A stretch of 64,000 nucleotides of DNA, taken from IMG/VR virus record IMGVR_UViG_3300035498_000956; one strand, given 5' to 3'. Below the pieces are notes generated by a model. That model saw only the letters and a program-made list of their open reading frames with translations. It was not told the DNA's origin and ran no database searches. The position numbers were made by a program, and so were the translations under genes. How positions within the stretch are numbered: the stretch's first letter is position 1; each line of letters begins with the position of its first letter. This document shows, one piece after another, positions 48,642-57,511 of this stretch. This stretch comes from a virus. Its lineage: Duplodnaviria; Caudoviricetes.

Positions 48642-49400
48642 ATGATTAATAATGATATACAAAAATATACAGAGCGATGTATGTTGTTCTATTTTTTTGA
48701 TTCAATACCATTATTGCGAAATGCTGAAAAAAATCGTGTTGTGCAAGACTTTATTGACATAAGAGACATAGACAAAGAATTAGCAGATAAAATGGTATTA
48801 TGTGCTAGAGATATAAGCAATGGATATGGAGAGCGTAGAGTTGGCAGAATTTTACTACAAACTTTAGCAACTTTAGACCCAACAAAAGTTATAAGGAATT
48901 TATCCACATTTGTTGAAATAGGTAGATGGGATGATTTATTTATATTAGAGGGCACTCCATGTGAAGATGCAATGTGGAAATTTATTAAAAAACAAATTAA
49001 ACAAGATTTAGACGATATGAAAGATGGTAAAAATATTTCTTATTTATTCAAATGGATGCCATCTATTAATACTTCTAGTAAAGAAAAAGTTAGATTAGCT
49101 AAAAAGATTTGTACACTCTTTGGTTACACTGAAAGAGAATATAGGAAAATGTTATCAAAAGGAAGGGAATATTTAAGAATAGTTGAAAGAAAAATGAGTG
49201 CAAATCAATGGGACGATATAATTTTTGAAGTTGTACCTGTCGCGGCGAAACGACAGTATCATAAATCTTTCAAACGTCATTGTTCTTCTTTTGATTATGA
49301 ACAAAAAGAATGTCCTATTCAAACTGTTGATGTTAATCAAGTGGAACAATCTCAATATGAACTAATGATAGAAAAATTAAACAGTTACGAATATAAATAG
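48642..49400 (+). CDS. DUF2828 / TROVE-like helical protein (short, no C-terminal vWA seen)
   Basis: ARDIS.GYGERR, GRWDDL, KWMPS, YRKMLS, IVERKMSANQW..I.F..VP; start at ATG 48642 after GGAGG. Confidence 0.65.
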   Translation: MINNDIQKYTERCMLFYFFDSIPLLRNAEKNRVVQDFIDIRDIDKELADKMVLCARDISNGYGERRVGRILLQTLATLDPTKVIRNLSTFVEIGRWDDLFILEGTPCEDAMWKFIKKQIKQDLDDMKDGKNISYLFKWMPSINTSSKEKVRLAKKICTLFGYTEREYRKMLSKGREYLRIVERKMSANQWDDIIFEVVPVAAKRQYHKSFKRHCSSFDYEQKECPIQTVDVNQVEQSQYELMIEKLNSYEYK

Positions 49401-49459
49401 GGTCAATGTTTAAAAGGAAACAGCTATCTCTGAGGTTCGAATCCTCAGTTGACCCATCA
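49400..49459 (+). ncRNA. tRNA-like mini-RNA lacking the anticodon arm
   Basis: GGGTCAA/TTGACCC acceptor stem, TGAGG-TTCGAAT-CCTCA T arm, short GTTT-AAAAGG-AAAC D-like hairpin, only ~9 nt where the anticodon arm should be. Confidence 0.55.
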
Positions 49460-49489
49460 GTAAGAGAGGTTCGCCTCACTTAATTTTAA

Positions 49490-49569
49490 AAGACTTTTAC
49501 AGCTTTTTAATGTTTAAACGAAAGTCTTGCATTTAAGACCTACACAGCATTATTTTATTTAATAGGTCT
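49490..49569 (+). repeat. Two AGAC..ACAGC..GTCT hairpin units
   Basis: AAGACTTTT-ACAGC...GAAAGTCTT (49490-49528) and AGACCTA-C-ACAGC...TAGGTCT (49536-49569). Confidence 0.55.
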
Positions 49570-49576
49570 AGTCATA

Positions 49577-49607
49577 AAAGATAGGGGAGCTTTGCTTCCC
49601 TATTTTT
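49577..49607 (+). terminator. Intrinsic terminator
   Basis: ATAGGGGAGC/GCTTCCCTAT stem followed by TTTT. Confidence 0.75.
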
Positions 49608-49713
49608 GTTTGCAGATTTTTATTGCTTTGTCTGTTGATTCTGCCCGCAAATTATGATATAATAATTATAGTAAATGAGGAAAGCAGAGACCGCAGATGA
49701 AGGGAGAATGTGT

Positions 49714-50082
49714 ATGAGAGATACTATAGAGAAACCAAGGTTTATATGCACTGGTAAGGAAGAGAACTATAATGTCCATACTTATGCTGTTGATAAGAAC
49801 AGTTCTAAGAAATGGAATGAGTACACAATCTATAACATAGTGTTGTCAGATGGTCGTGTTACCACGTACTTTGATGATGTATCAGAAGCTGTTGAGTATG
49901 CTAAGAAAAGGCTAGTTGTAAAGGGTAGAGGTAAGGTAACAAAGGCTCTTGCACAGATACTAATACAAGATAGTAAAACTGGGGCGGAGCATCTAGTGGC
50001 TTTAGTTGAAAAGGAGATAGTCCGCCACTATAGAATGATAGGTAAACCTAAAGAGATAAAGTTAGAAGACGAAGAAATGTAG
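49714..50082 (+). CDS. Hypothetical protein
   Basis: Start reassigned to ATG 49714 after GGGAG; own promoter. Confidence 0.6.
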   Translation: MRDTIEKPRFICTGKEENYNVHTYAVDKNSSKKWNEYTIYNIVLSDGRVTTYFDDVSEAVEYAKKRLVVKGRGKVTKALAQILIQDSKTGAEHLVALVEKEIVRHYRMIGKPKEIKLEDEEM

Positions 50083-50131
50083 ATTATAATGGGCGGGCGG
50101 ATGGGATTAATACTTTAAAGGAGGGCTGTTT

Positions 50132-50662
50132 ATGAGAGAACTATTTACGGCAGATCTTCATATCGGGCATACAAATATTATCAAACATTGCAATCGCCCC
50201 TTTGAAGATACAGATGAAATGAATAAAATAATACTTGATAATTGGAATAAGACTGTACAAAGAGATGACCTTGTATATATACTTGGTGATGTTGCTCTAA
50301 GTAATAGATATGGAGTTGAAGAATTTCTTCAAAAAGCTAAAGGTAGGAAAATTCTTATTAAAGGAAATCATGATGGCTGGGTTAAAGGTCATTTTAGATT
50401 TTTCTTTGAGGATGTGCTTTCTTATCTTCAAATCAGGAGAAATGGAAAAATCATTACAATGTGTCATTATCCAATGATGAGTTGGGAGGGCATTAATAAA
50501 AATGGTATTATGCTATACGGACATATACATAATAATAGACCAATGATTTATCTACCTCAAATGTATAATGTAGGAATGGATGTTAATGGATTTAGACCTG
50601 TTACTCTTGATGAGGCAGTAATGAATAATAAGGAATATTATGGAGAGGAGTATGATATATAA
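50132..50662 (+). CDS. Calcineurin-like metallophosphoesterase
   Basis: TADLH, LGDV, GNHD, CHYP and YGHIH all intact. Confidence 0.88.
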   Translation: MRELFTADLHIGHTNIIKHCNRPFEDTDEMNKIILDNWNKTVQRDDLVYILGDVALSNRYGVEEFLQKAKGRKILIKGNHDGWVKGHFRFFFEDVLSYLQIRRNGKIITMCHYPMMSWEGINKNGIMLYGHIHNNRPMIYLPQMYNVGMDVNGFRPVTLDEAVMNNKEYYGEEYDI

Positions 50663-51783
50663 TGTTAGAGATTCAAAAGTTTTTAATACAATATGATGAT
50701 GCATTAGAGAGATTGACTAAACCTCCTTATAATTTAAAAATCAAAAGTAAGAATGGTCTTTATATATTTAGTTATCGTCAATTTGATAGTGATTTTACTT
50801 TAGAAATCGTTAAAGAGTCAAGAGGTCTAATACTTGAAGCTGATACGTGGAAAGTAGTTCGTTACTCTTTTAAAAAGTTTGGTAATTATGGGGAATCTTA
50901 CGCCGACAAAATTGATTGGGACAGTGCTGTTGTTACTGAAAAAATTGACGGCAGTATTATAGCTCTTTACTATTATAATGGAAAGTGGAATGTTGCAACA
51001 AATGGTATGATTGATGCAGAGGATGCTCCTTTAATGGAGACTTGCATTTATAAAAACTATAAAGAGTTGTTTGATTCCGCGGCGAAAAAGGTAGGATTGG
51101 ATTATAGTCATTTAAACACTTCTATGTGTTATACTTTTGAACTGGTCAGTGAATTTAATAAAATTGTATTAGACTATCCTCTTGATTTATATCATTTATC
51201 TACAAGAAATCTTACTACCCTTGAGGAAATAGAGATTGATATTGGAATACGTAAACCGCAGACTTTCGCATTGTCCAGTTTAGCTGATGTTATTGACGCG
51301 GCGAAAGCGTTAGGTAAAAATGGGGAAGGATTTGTCGTTAAGGATAAAAATTGCAATCGTATTAAAGTTAAATCCCCTGAATATGTTTTGGGACATAAGC
51401 TAAGGGATAGTGTAACTACTGCAGAGCTATTGGATATTGTAAAGAGGGGTGAACAAGAAGAGTTTTTAACATATTTTTCTGGTCTAGAAAGTCGTATTCA
51501 AAGAATAGAGCAATACTATAAAGAGGTATCTAAAGCTATCAGCCAGCAAATCACCAATGCAATCAATCTCTATAAAGAAAATTCTAATCGAAAGGATTTT
51601 GCTTTGGCTATTGATTCTCAAAAAATTCCTATAGCTTATAGACAATTTTATTTTACAGCTTATGGCGAGCTTACAGCTCATAGAGATTCGCCTTATAAGA
51701 CTATTATAAAAAAGTATTTTGATAATACTCCTTCTGCTAAGATTTTAAAAACATTTCCTATTGACGATTTTACGTTAAATTAG
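50662..51783 (+). CDS. RNA ligase (T4 Rnl1-like)
   Basis: ESRGLIL, FKKFGN, motif I TEKIDGS, TFELVS, GEGFVV, RIKVKSPEY; TAATG-coupled to the phosphoesterase. Confidence 0.85.
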   Translation: MLEIQKFLIQYDDALERLTKPPYNLKIKSKNGLYIFSYRQFDSDFTLEIVKESRGLILEADTWKVVRYSFKKFGNYGESYADKIDWDSAVVTEKIDGSIIALYYYNGKWNVATNGMIDAEDAPLMETCIYKNYKELFDSAAKKVGLDYSHLNTSMCYTFELVSEFNKIVLDYPLDLYHLSTRNLTTLEEIEIDIGIRKPQTFALSSLADVIDAAKALGKNGEGFVVKDKNCNRIKVKSPEYVLGHKLRDSVTTAELLDIVKRGEQEEFLTYFSGLESRIQRIEQYYKEVSKAISQQITNAINLYKENSNRKDFALAIDSQKIPIAYRQFYFTAYGELTAHRDSPYKTIIKKYFDNTPSAKILKTFPIDDFTLN

Positions 51784-51941
51784 CCCGCTAATATCGCACT
51801 AAAAACATCTGCATAAATGAATAAAGCGGAGATTTAGTGAATCATGCGTTGAAAAAAATTACTTTAGAATTAATGTTTCTATTGATTTTTCTCAAAGGAT
51901 ATGATATAATAATATTACATTAATAAAAGGAGGAGATACCG

Positions 51942-52040
51942 ATGATTACAATGAGTGTTGTTAAATTTGTATGTATTTGTATCGTCTGCTTGTGTGGAGG
52001 GTGGAATGCTCATTACATCTATGATAGATACATCAGCTAA
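51942..52040 (+). CDS. Small hydrophobic peptide (32 aa), not in the ORF track
   Basis: MITMSVVKFVCICIVCLCGGWNAHYIYDRYIS*, RBS AGGAGG, own promoter. Confidence 0.5.
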   Translation: MITMSVVKFVCICIVCLCGGWNAHYIYDRYIS

Positions 52041-52105
52041 ACCGAGTTGAAATTTTTCACAGAGTATGATATAATAATAACATCATTGAAAAAGGAGTGA
52101 TTTTT

Positions 52106-52258
52106 ATGTTGAATGTTTCAACAATGTTATTACTTATTTGTGTTTTCGTTGAGTGTTTTTGCCTCGGCGGACAAGTTACTCTTTTATTGCTGGGGTCTCA
52201 GAGAGATAAGCATGAGAAAAGAGAAACTGAGAATGATGACTCAGTTGAAAAAAAATAG
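52106..52258 (+). CDS. Small membrane protein (50 aa), not in the ORF track
   Basis: MLNVSTMLLLICVFVECFCLGGQVTLLLLG...; RBS AAGGAG, own promoter. Confidence 0.5.
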   Translation: MLNVSTMLLLICVFVECFCLGGQVTLLLLGSQRDKHEKRETENDDSVEKK

Positions 52259-52340
52259 AGGTTATGATATAATAATTACAGAGCTTTAAAAGAGCTGAAA
52301 AGAAAAAAAAGTTTAGAGTTAATTAAAAGGAGAACAGTTT

Positions 52341-52589
52341 ATGAGAAATAAAATTACACTTTTAGGTATGAGAGATATTCAAGAATTTGTTAACATCTGT
52401 GCTAACATCGATAGTGAGGTCGTACTTTATTGTCCAGTAAACGGATATAGAGTAAGTGCAAAGTCACTATTAGGGGCAATTGCTTCTATGGAATGGAATG
52501 AGGTCTGGGTTGAATGTGATAAGGATATTTATTCCTCAATTGAAAAGTTTATTAAAGTTAGTTCTGATTCTACAGTATATCATTCATAA
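52341..52589 (+). CDS. HPr-like protein (Ser46-type motif kept, His15 absent)
   Basis: 82 aa; EFVNIC...VSAKSLLGAIA matches the HPr V(N/D)AKS(I/L)(M/L)G motif. Confidence 0.7.
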   Translation: MRNKITLLGMRDIQEFVNICANIDSEVVLYCPVNGYRVSAKSLLGAIASMEWNEVWVECDKDIYSSIEKFIKVSSDSTVYHS

Positions 52590-52635
52590 AGAGAGATAAA
52601 TAGAAAAGGTTTAACAAAAAGAAAGGGGAACATCA

Positions 52636-52806
52636 ATGTTATTCTTATTTAAAATTTGTTTAGCTTTAATGGTAGGTTTTCTTGATTTCTTTTTAATGGA
52701 TTATATTAAGGGGAATAAGAAAATCTCATCAGGAGCAAAACTAAGAAACCTATATCTATGTGTAGGTATTTACGTAATCGTTTGTTTTACTTTATTGTTT
52801 TCATAA
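52636..52806 (+). CDS. Small two-TM membrane protein (56 aa), not in the ORF track
   Basis: MLFLFKICLALMVGFLDFFLM...LYLCVGIYVIVCFTLLFS*. Confidence 0.5.
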   Translation: MLFLFKICLALMVGFLDFFLMDYIKGNKKISSGAKLRNLYLCVGIYVIVCFTLLFS

Positions 52807-52823
52807 TCAAAAGGAGAATGTAT

Positions 52824-53279
52824 ATGGATAGATTTTTTATTAATGATAATAATGACGCTAACAAAAAGATTAGTGAACTATTCATTAGAATAGATTGTGC
52901 TTTAGCGAAATTAGAAAGTGAAGGAAAGATTGAAAGTAGGATTAATGAAGATGGAGAAGTGGTTTGGAGTTTAACTGATGCTGAACGCCAAAGATTAATA
53001 AATCAACAGGAAGATAATGGAGATTTAGAGAATGAACGTCACTTAATGAATGGGTATATGACATCAAAGATGGATGATATTCTCCAAGATATGGAGGAGT
53101 TTGAGATTTCTAGTTATGAAGATTTCTATAACTATATTGACTATCAATATGAAAACTTTAATAAAAAAGAAAAACAATTCTTGGAAGAGGAATGGGAGAT
53201 TTCGAGTACAAGAGATTTAATGATAGCGATGTTTGATTTTTATAATGATTTTTATTTAAATGGAATGACGGAGTGGTAA
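52824..53279 (+). CDS. Hypothetical acidic protein
   Basis: Start at ATG 52824 after AAGGAG. Confidence 0.6.
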   Translation: MDRFFINDNNDANKKISELFIRIDCALAKLESEGKIESRINEDGEVVWSLTDAERQRLINQQEDNGDLENERHLMNGYMTSKMDDILQDMEEFEISSYEDFYNYIDYQYENFNKKEKQFLEEEWEISSTRDLMIAMFDFYNDFYLNGMTEW

Positions 53280-53282
53280 ATT

Positions 53283-53648
53283 ATGGAAGTTAGTTATTCT
53301 ATATTACAATATCGCCCCAGTAGCAAAAAAGTACCCACGGCAATTATTGGAACTCTTTATCAAGTTAAAGATATAGGGGAATATATTTTGATGCCGTCCT
53401 GTACTGGAGTAGAATATCATCTTGGAATTATTGACATGATTGTAGATGAGATTGAAGAAATGAATAATCAAACAGTCGCAACTAGGTTAGAAGATTATAT
53501 ATCATTTTTTAAGAATGAGTATTTTTTTAGCCCAGTGATAGATTTTGAGATAGATGATTCACAGGATGTAGATTGGGAACGTTTGTTTAAAAATCGTACA
53601 GAATTTATTTGGAACTATATTGTTGAATCTATTTTTGCAGATAGATAA
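53283..53648 (+). CDS. Hypothetical protein
   Basis: 121 aa, in operon. Confidence 0.55.
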   Translation: MEVSYSILQYRPSSKKVPTAIIGTLYQVKDIGEYILMPSCTGVEYHLGIIDMIVDEIEEMNNQTVATRLEDYISFFKNEYFFSPVIDFEIDDSQDVDWERLFKNRTEFIWNYIVESIFADR

Positions 53649-53677
53649 ATGACAATAATATTTTAGGAGGACAATAC

Positions 53678-54091
53678 ATGAGCAATAGAAATTATGGATA
53701 CAAAATAGGTATAGGTATTACTCCTATTGGTCAGCTAGAAGGACATTCTATATTAGATTATAAGAATGATTTAATTAATTATTTCTATAATCATAAGTTT
53801 GACTTAGATATTGAACTAGATGTTGACGTTATAGCTCAAGCAATAGACAATGAAATAGACCCCTTGAAGTGTTATTCATTACAGCTAACAAGAGAGGAGT
53901 TTGAATCTAATTTAGCTGATATGGTAAATGAATTGCGTCTATTGAGTGAAATGTCAGATAATCTATATGTAACATTTGAAACTTATGGAGAATTATTCTC
54001 TGATTATCAACGCTATTATTATTACAAAGGCGAAGAATATATTGCTGATAAGATGCTTTCTTTTGGCAATTTTGACATATACGAAATATAG
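53678..54091 (+). CDS. Hypothetical protein
   Basis: 137 aa, RBS AGGAGG. Confidence 0.6.
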   Translation: MSNRNYGYKIGIGITPIGQLEGHSILDYKNDLINYFYNHKFDLDIELDVDVIAQAIDNEIDPLKCYSLQLTREEFESNLADMVNELRLLSEMSDNLYVTFETYGELFSDYQRYYYYKGEEYIADKMLSFGNFDIYEI

Positions 54092-54105
54092 GGAGGATTA
54101 TTTAT

Positions 54106-54453
54106 ATGAAGAAGGTATATTCATGGGGAGAATTTGAAGCATTTGCAAAGGAAACTGGTTTGAAATTTAATCCAAAGGAGAAAAAGGTAAATGAAGACAA
54201 GAGAGAAGCTCAAAGAAAGAAGTTTCTAGAGTGTAAGTCTTGCCATGGTCAACGTACTTATCTAGCAGGGACTAACTGCTTGATTTGTAATTGTGAAGTT
54301 GAGCGAGAAAAGGAGATTCCTGTTAAAGATAAGTTTGGTAAGGTTATTAATAAAAAGAAGGAAATTGTTAAAGAATCTTGTGGCATAGTAGACTTGATAG
54401 CCCCTGAATATCAGGACTATGCACGTTATCTATTTGAAGATAATGAGAGTTAA
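54106..54453 (+). CDS. Hypothetical Cys-containing protein
   Basis: CKSC...CLICNC; RBS GGAGG. Confidence 0.6.
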   Translation: MKKVYSWGEFEAFAKETGLKFNPKEKKVNEDKREAQRKKFLECKSCHGQRTYLAGTNCLICNCEVEREKEIPVKDKFGKVINKKKEIVKESCGIVDLIAPEYQDYARYLFEDNES

Positions 54454-54564
54454 AAAAAATGATAAGACTAATGACAGTACGGATATAGTGAAAGCTTTTA
54501 AAGAACTTTCATCAAGACTACGTTTATATTCAAAGTCTATATAATTAATACGGAGGAATTTAAA

Positions 54565-55044
54565 ATGGGAAGAATTTATGAATGTCCAATATGTAAGAAG
54601 AAATATAATGCTCTACAGCCTATGATTGATTGTGCTAAGAAATGTGAAGCACAAGAGCAAGAGGCAGAAGCAAAAAGACTTAAGCAAGAAGCTCAAGAAC
54701 AGCTCATTAAGCAAACCTATGCTGATGTGCAGAGAGTTTATAAAGAACTTTGCAATAAGGTTACTGCTTATAATAGATTAATTGCAGGTACTAACAAGAC
54801 CGCACTAACAGCCACACTTACATCTGAGGATTATAATAAGCAGTGTAAATGCGGGGCAAAGACTAGTACTATTAAGAATAATAAGGATGTAGAAAAGACA
54901 GAGACACCTAAGAAGGCAACTGCTAAGCAAGAGCAAGATAATCAAAAGGTAATTCGCACTGACATAAACAAGCTTGAAGAAGAGCTTTTAAAGGACGAAG
55001 ATATAAGCAAGCTAATAGAAACTTTAGCAGGTTTCTTCATATAG
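54565..55044 (+). CDS. Hypothetical zinc-finger/coiled-coil protein
   Basis: YECPICKKKY...CAKKC; RBS GGAGG. Confidence 0.6.
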   Translation: MGRIYECPICKKKYNALQPMIDCAKKCEAQEQEAEAKRLKQEAQEQLIKQTYADVQRVYKELCNKVTAYNRLIAGTNKTALTATLTSEDYNKQCKCGAKTSTIKNNKDVEKTETPKKATAKQEQDNQKVIRTDINKLEEELLKDEDISKLIETLAGFFI

Positions 55045-55049
55045 TTTAA

Positions 55050-55077
55050 AAGGGGCAAATTTTTGCCCCTTATTTTT
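55050..55077 (+). terminator. Intrinsic terminator
   Basis: AAGGGGCAAA/TTTGCCCCTT stem followed by a T-rich tail. Confidence 0.7.
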
Positions 55078-55098
55078 ATATATAGGAGTTGGTAAAAT

Positions 55099-55293
55099 AT
55101 GGTATTTAATGTGTACAAGGGCGGTGAGTTCTATGGAAAAGCAGATAGCTTTTACAGCTTGGCAAAGTTAGTTATTTCTCCTGATGACGACTTCGTGAGT
55201 AAGGCAATTGAATTAAAAGACAAATTCTATTTGGCTAATGTAAAAGACATCCGAGAAATCTTTTTTGAAGATTACAGAATTACTTTCTCTTGA
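55099..55293 (+). CDS. Hypothetical protein
   Basis: 64 aa, RBS AGGAG. Confidence 0.5.
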   Translation: MVFNVYKGGEFYGKADSFYSLAKLVISPDDDFVSKAIELKDKFYLANVKDIREIFFEDYRITFS

Positions 55294-55350
55294 ATTTTTC
55301 TTTAGACTATTATATAATTAATATAGAAAATCAAGAGAGGAGAATGTGGA

Positions 55351-55581
55351 ATGAAATTCTATGTTTGTGATGTTAAAGCGGGTCTGGTGATTGGTAATAT
55401 GAAATCAATAGATGATGTTATCACATACCTAACTAGCGGTCAAAATTACGTAGATTCAGTAGACCGCCTGCTGGACGAAACAATGATTAAAACTCATTAC
55501 CAAAGCAGTGCTGATAGACGCTACTTTGAAATCTATCGTATGCCTCTTAATGTAATAAAAGTTTTTTGGAAGACAGATTAA
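55351..55581 (+). CDS. Hypothetical protein
   Basis: 76 aa, RBS GAGGAG, own promoter. Confidence 0.55.
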   Translation: MKFYVCDVKAGLVIGNMKSIDDVITYLTSGQNYVDSVDRLLDETMIKTHYQSSADRRYFEIYRMPLNVIKVFWKTD

Positions 55582-55646
55582 GCTAATTGATTTTATTTAC
55601 AACCTGTGATATAATAATTATAGTGAATTTGAAAAGGAGAGCTGAA

Positions 55647-55967
55647 ATGGGAAAGAAATATTTTAAAATTGATAATCCTAATTCTATCGATAAAGCCATC
55701 ATTGAGGTGTTAGAAAAATATAGAACAGGGGATAGAGAATTTTATCTCTATCTGACTAGACGGCAAATTAATGGTGGGTTTATCTCAATGGAGCAAGAGA
55801 TAGATTTACTACTTGATAATTTAATTGAGAATCAACAACTAATAACTGCAAAATTTATTTGTGAAAATATTTCTTTCTTTTCAGTTATTACTATCGCATA
55901 TGTGTTGCCTAATGGAAATCTTAGGCTCTTACAAGATGAGTTATGTTGTACAAACGCTGAGGGTTAA
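55647..55967 (+). CDS. Hypothetical protein
   Basis: Start reassigned to ATG 55647; the upstream part of the ORF is promoter sequence. Confidence 0.55.
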   Translation: MGKKYFKIDNPNSIDKAIIEVLEKYRTGDREFYLYLTRRQINGGFISMEQEIDLLLDNLIENQQLITAKFICENISFFSVITIAYVLPNGNLRLLQDELCCTNAEG

Positions 55968-55986
55968 ATAAGGAGGACGTTAGCTT

Positions 55987-56391
55987 ATGGAAATGAATAG
56001 TAATGTGGCTATTAATAATCTTTTTCTAGACGTTTTAGCAAAGTATAAAACGCCTACAGGACATTATAAAACCAAGAGAACGGTTACCGTAGAGCATGAG
56101 GACAGTGGAGAATATGGTTCTTATGTAATAGAGCTAGATGAGGAGATAAATAATGTAATAAATGAGCATGATAATGTAGTGCTAGATGGTGAGATTTTAG
56201 CGGGCGGATGTAGTGCCTATGAGATTACACCTGATAAGCGTTACATATCCTTATCTATTGGTATTGCTGTACTAAGACAAACTGATGTTGAGCCTGATTT
56301 GTCATTTTATGATACATACAGAGGTGGAGTATACTATCAAATGCATGAGTTCTTACCACTATCTCCATTTGAAATTGAAAAATTGACATAA
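55987..56391 (+). CDS. Hypothetical protein
   Basis: 134 aa, RBS AGGAGG. Confidence 0.6.
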   Translation: MEMNSNVAINNLFLDVLAKYKTPTGHYKTKRTVTVEHEDSGEYGSYVIELDEEINNVINEHDNVVLDGEILAGGCSAYEITPDKRYISLSIGIAVLRQTDVEPDLSFYDTYRGGVYYQMHEFLPLSPFEIEKLT

Positions 56392-56459
56392 AAACATAAT
56401 TGATTTTTCTTAAAGAGTATGATATAATAATTACAGAAAATGAGAAAGGGGTTTTGCAT

Positions 56460-56624
56460 ATGGCAAAAATCGTAATACTTTGTATAGGTGGAATAGCAAT
56501 GAAGAATTATACAAACTATATGGAAGAGGAACAATGTAGTATTTTCAATCCTGATGATACTATTCAATTCTATTTCCTATTGGCATTTTATCTTGTCCTC
56601 TGTTTGGTATTTTTCTTCTTGTAA
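56460..56624 (+). CDS. Small protein with C-terminal TM segment
   Basis: Hydrophobic C-terminus; start uncertain. Confidence 0.4.
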   Translation: MAKIVILCIGGIAMKNYTNYMEEEQCSIFNPDDTIQFYFLLAFYLVLCLVFFFL

Positions 56625-56713
56625 TACACTTGATTTCGCCCGCAAATTATGATATAATAATTATAGAAAATGAGAGTTAAGTTTGACAGTTTCTTTTGAA
56701 AGGAGAACTGAGT

Positions 56714-57013
56714 ATGAATAGTTTTGATATGTTTATGCAAGTAGAAGATATGTATAGTGAAGATGAAGAGTCAGCTCTAAGAGAATATCTCAAGGAGTTA
56801 ACTATAGAGGACGCAAATAAAGTAGTGGCTGATACAGTCACTGCCATCAATGCAATCAGAACTCAAAAGAGAAGTCTAGACAGCTGGCATCAATACATCA
56901 CCTATAGATATAAGAATATTCTAACTCAAGATAATAAGGCGGTACTACGTATCGTATTTAATATCAACAGTAGTGAAGAGTTCTTCCTATTGATAATTAG
57001 AAACTTATTTTAA
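56714..57013 (+). CDS. Hypothetical protein
   Basis: Start at ATG 56714 after AAGGAG. Confidence 0.55.
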   Translation: MNSFDMFMQVEDMYSEDEESALREYLKELTIEDANKVVADTVTAINAIRTQKRSLDSWHQYITYRYKNILTQDNKAVLRIVFNINSSEEFFLLIIRNLF

Positions 57014-57018
57014 GGAGG

Positions 57019-57420
57019 GTGAATATGGTTACTTATAGTGATAAAACTCTCCGAGAGATACATAATGAATGTTTCAAGGTCTATGTCACTGATGGCTCAT
57101 TTGAGCCATTAAGTGATGGCTTTGATTTCATTGAGGAAAAATATCAAGTGAAAGAAAGATTAGAGCATATTTTTAAAGATGTGGAAGTTCAAACTCAACG
57201 ATGTATTTTAATAGGGACAGTATTTTGTTGCATCGTGCCTAACAAAACTTTTATAGAAATTCAAAGCGTGTTTGCTACAATGGTTATGATGATGCGTGAA
57301 TTAGATATTCCACAAATTATCATTCCAGAATTTTCTAATAATTGGAATGACATCAAAATTGCACTTGAAAACAGCTGTGATATTATTCCAGCTGATATAA
57401 AGATTTGTAAGGAGGTATAG
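57019..57420 (+). CDS. Hypothetical protein
   Basis: 133 aa, RBS AAGGAGG. Confidence 0.55.
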   Translation: MNMVTYSDKTLREIHNECFKVYVTDGSFEPLSDGFDFIEEKYQVKERLEHIFKDVEVQTQRCILIGTVFCCIVPNKTFIEIQSVFATMVMMMRELDIPQIIIPEFSNNWNDIKIALENSCDIIPADIKICKEV

Positions 57421-57511
57421 CTATGGTAAATATAGTTATTAATAATGATATTAATAATTCAGTAGTTGAATTGAACGTGCCAGTTCAAATAGCTTATGAA
57501 TTAGCCGACTA

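Noticed and set aside
49400-49459. A normal decoding tRNA
   Set aside because: Too short and has no anticodon stem-loop; reported as a tRNA-like RNA instead.
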